From: Lepidodermella squamata
Lineage: Eukaryota; Animalia; Gastrotricha
DNA length: 64,000 bases
Direction: 5' to 3'
Assembly: GCA_047495785.1 (NCBI GenBank)
Contig: JBLDXI010000009.1
Span: forward strand, 3,658,001 to 3,722,000
Shown: piece after piece, positions 60,871 to 64,000 of the stretch
Layout of the letters: each line of letters opens with the position of its first letter
Numbering within the stretch: position 1 is the first letter of the stretch
The notes under the pieces: model-generated
Seen by the model: the letters and a program-made list of their open reading frames with translations, nothing else
The model's database searches: none
Told to the model about the DNA's origin: nothing
Position numbers and translations under genes: made by a program

Positions 60871-62672
60871 TCATCGCGCCGACCCGCCTCCATTGTTCGC
60901 ATTCTGGGGAGCTGAAGCTGCCGATCCAGCTTGAGGCTGTTGGCCCTGGCAGTTCAAGAAATCCCACACCATAATGCTGTCATCGTGACTGCTCGAAACA
61001 ATTTGGAAGTCATCGAATTGCAGGCGGAAAACACGACCTGAGTGTTTGGCAAGTGTTCGAATACACACGGGACCGGTTGAGGAGCGAGCTTCGAGTGCTG
61101 AGTGTAGATCCCAGATTTTAATTTTACTATTAATAAATAAATCATAAATACCAAAACAATAAGAATTTGCGGAAAATTTACCCATCATAGGCTCCACTGA
61201 CGATACGATGACCGTCGAACCGGATGCACCTAACCAGCTCGTCATGGCCTTCCAAGATTCGCAAGCAATGGCCACTTTCAACGTCCCAAATGCTGTTAGA
61301 AAAGAACATTTAATACTTGAGAGAATCTAGTATATTCTGAAACAAACCGAATGGTGAAATCTGAGCTTCCACTGACAACCAAATTATCGCGATATTGCAA
61401 GCAGGCGATGCCTCGGCGATGGCCGCTTAGAGTTCGGACGAATTCGCAGGTGGAAGTATTCCAAACTTTGATCGTGCGATCACCACTCGCTGAAACGATG
61501 TATTTCTGGTCGAAGTCAACGACGTTGACAGCGGCACGATGACCGACAAGAACACGGCGCAGCTGAATATCACGAGCGCTACGCATGTCCCAGACAGCGA
61601 TTGAGCGATCTTTAGAGCACGTCACCATCACACCGTCGCCAAAACGAAGATGCAGCACTGCCTCGACGTGGTGAATGATGGTATTTACGCACTCGCCCGT
61701 TTTAATATCCCAAAGTCTAACGGTCGAATCACTGGAACCGGATACGATGATTTTATCATCATACTGCAAGCATAGAACTGAGCCTTGGTGACCTGTCAAC
61801 ACCTTTCGAAGTTCGAGGGTTCGCTTGTCCCAGATTTTAATCGTGTTATCACGAAGTCCGCTCACGATCTTATCCTCGTCATATTGCAAGCAATAGACAC
61901 CTTTGGATGTTTCACTGCGACAGTAAATTTTCTGGATGCTCGGCTCGCCGATCCTCCAATTTTGCTCGAGAGTCTTGATTTCTCGAACGATTTTTGGGTA
62001 AAGCTGACGATAGAAAATGTGGTCTACTTCAGGAATGTGACGAAACATGTAGCTGGTGAGACCGCGCCTATCGCACAGGCCACGCCATAAATGATCGGTG
62101 ACAACCTTGGCTTCGATGAAACGCTTCCACTGCATTCCATGCTGGATCACAGCCAGCCAAGTTCGACACACCCGTTCGGCGTTCTGAAGCGAGGTCGGAT
62201 CCAGGTAATCTAGCACCTGTTCTGCAATGTGACGGAGGCCGCGCAGGGCTAACTCTGATACGAAGTCACGTTGGAGCATCGGTTTGAAAAACATGTCGAT
62301 TTCCCCATGTTGCGCATGGTTCATCAGAGCGAGGAGAGATTGAACGAGGTCAACTTGCTTATTTGGGGGTAAACTTTGGAAAATTTCCATAATATGTCGC
62401 ATTTGCGTATCAGGATTCAATGCCATAACAGCCAACGTTTCGGGCATGAGAGGGTAAGAACTGGAGGTGATGGGTGAAAGTCTCTTTGAGGTATCAGCTG
62501 GTGGCGAAATCGCATTCTACGTGCATTCAAAATAATAAAATCAAATAGTCAATTACGAGTAAGTCGAAGTAAATACCTTTTTGTCGATTTCGATAGCTGA
62601 TTCTCCAGCACCATTACTATTAGAGTCACTCAGGCTAAGTGAAGTGAAAGCAGCTACGTCGTTAGATTCCAT
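60871..62672 (-). CDS. BTRC: F-box/WD40 protein beta-TrCP/slimb (4 coding exons)
   Basis: KPMLQRDF, F-box, [49 protein letters not shown]. Confidence 0.95.
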
Positions 62673-64000
62673 GAAATAAGCAACCTAAAGGGAAATGAGA
62701 GTCGGAACATGAAATGTCCTGTTGTGTCACTGAAATCTCGCCAAAATGAGTTAACATTCACGAATAAAACAATTCAAGAAGCTGCTATTCACTGACACCA
62801 CACGCCACACATCCGTTTGTCAATCATGAGTAAAAGTTTACCAACATATTCTTCAGCATTGATAAGCTGACGTGGAGCTTTTCGGGAATTTCACAAGAAG
62901 AATGTGCTATCTGTAAATTGGCCAATGACTAATAGTGCAAAATCCCAAGTGGTGGAAATAAGGGGTATTAGTGCTACCCCACAATGAACATGAAGTGCTA
63001 ACCCAAGTGTTTATCCTTTCGAACTGGACTATGACGACTAAAAATAAACGATCAAAATTAACATCAGGGCATCCTAGCGTTTTTGAACTAGTGGCACATA
63101 TGAAGCTAACAAGTCGATGCAATTTAATAGAACTTGGTCGATTTGGGATTTGGGAAAATAGTGGTGATAACATTTATTTTCTCTATAAATATCAAATTAA
63201 GGCTGCATGATTGTTACCCAAGTCAGGTAATGGGTAATAGGTAAGTAATGGGTAATGGTTGTGCTAACCAAGGGACATCTTCATATCTTCGCCGCTGGCC
63301 TCACGTCCCAAATAGGAAAAAAAGCAAACAGTAAACAGTGAATTAAGTGATCAATAACAAATATTTCTTCGATTACTGAAGCCTGGAGCCTTGAAACGAA
63401 TAGAAAACTGACAGCTGACCTGCTAAAATAAAATCGATTCACGCTCGGTATCTCAGTTGGTCGAAAAATCGCTCGAAATCTGGCCTCATTCAGTTTTTTC
63501 ACATTTTGTGATCTCAACGTTTATTTCGCCATTAAAATTAAATGAAAATCCGAAAGCATTACTAGCAAGCTAAAATGTGTAATTCCAGCAAATAGCATAT
63601 TTATTGCCGCATGAGAAAAAGAGCTGACCTTGACAGTGGAGTTGGCGCTTCGTTTTTGATGTCGCAGTTTTTAACCTGGCACCAACACTGGACTTTTCGG
63701 ACTTTTGGTGCTGATAGTGGAGTATCTTTTATCTTTGCTCTTTTCGCTTTGCAGAAAGCCTTGTCAATTCTTCAGGAAGGCAAGCTAGGGGTTTCAAGAA
63801 ACGCATGAAATCAGTATACAGAGGGAAGTTTGAAACCGTCAATTGACCATACAAAATTAACTTCAATGAAAATGTTAAATCTCAATTTGATAACTTTGTT
63901 GTTTGAGAACAAAATGTTCTAATGCGAGCAAATTCTTTCAATTTTTTTTACCAAAGTATAGCATTTTTTGAAAAATAAAGCTCTGATATCGGCTCATGCA

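Overview
Eukaryotic (metazoan invertebrate) DNA from a compact genome with many 40-60 nt GT-AG introns; the taxon cannot be assigned from sequence alone. From left to right: the 3' end of a CaaX-terminated GTPase-like gene; a repeat/MITE-rich 4 kb; an intact 6-exon divergent nuclear receptor; and a 22.6 kb array (9175-31776) of 27 apparently intact, co-oriented, almost all intronless small secreted prepropeptide genes (P1-P27) plus one transposon-disrupted copy. A 5-copy tandem array of HTATIP2/TIP30-like NAD(P)-binding oxidoreductases with transposon-filled introns follows on the same strand, then conserved genes (POLR1E, GULP1/ced-6, RNF32, a tyrosine-kinase-like pseudokinase, MED20, COQ6, beta-TrCP). 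The main discovery is the peptide cluster. Over half the members share a motif I do not recognise from any known peptide family: box A (K/R)(F/Y)xx(A/S)GD and box B (A/S)GxT(D/N)(G/S/A)W(W/F/Y)YG. The boxes are usually 18-20 residues apart but are fused through a shared AG in one member. ORF-track starts at GTG/TTG were corrected to ATG where possible.
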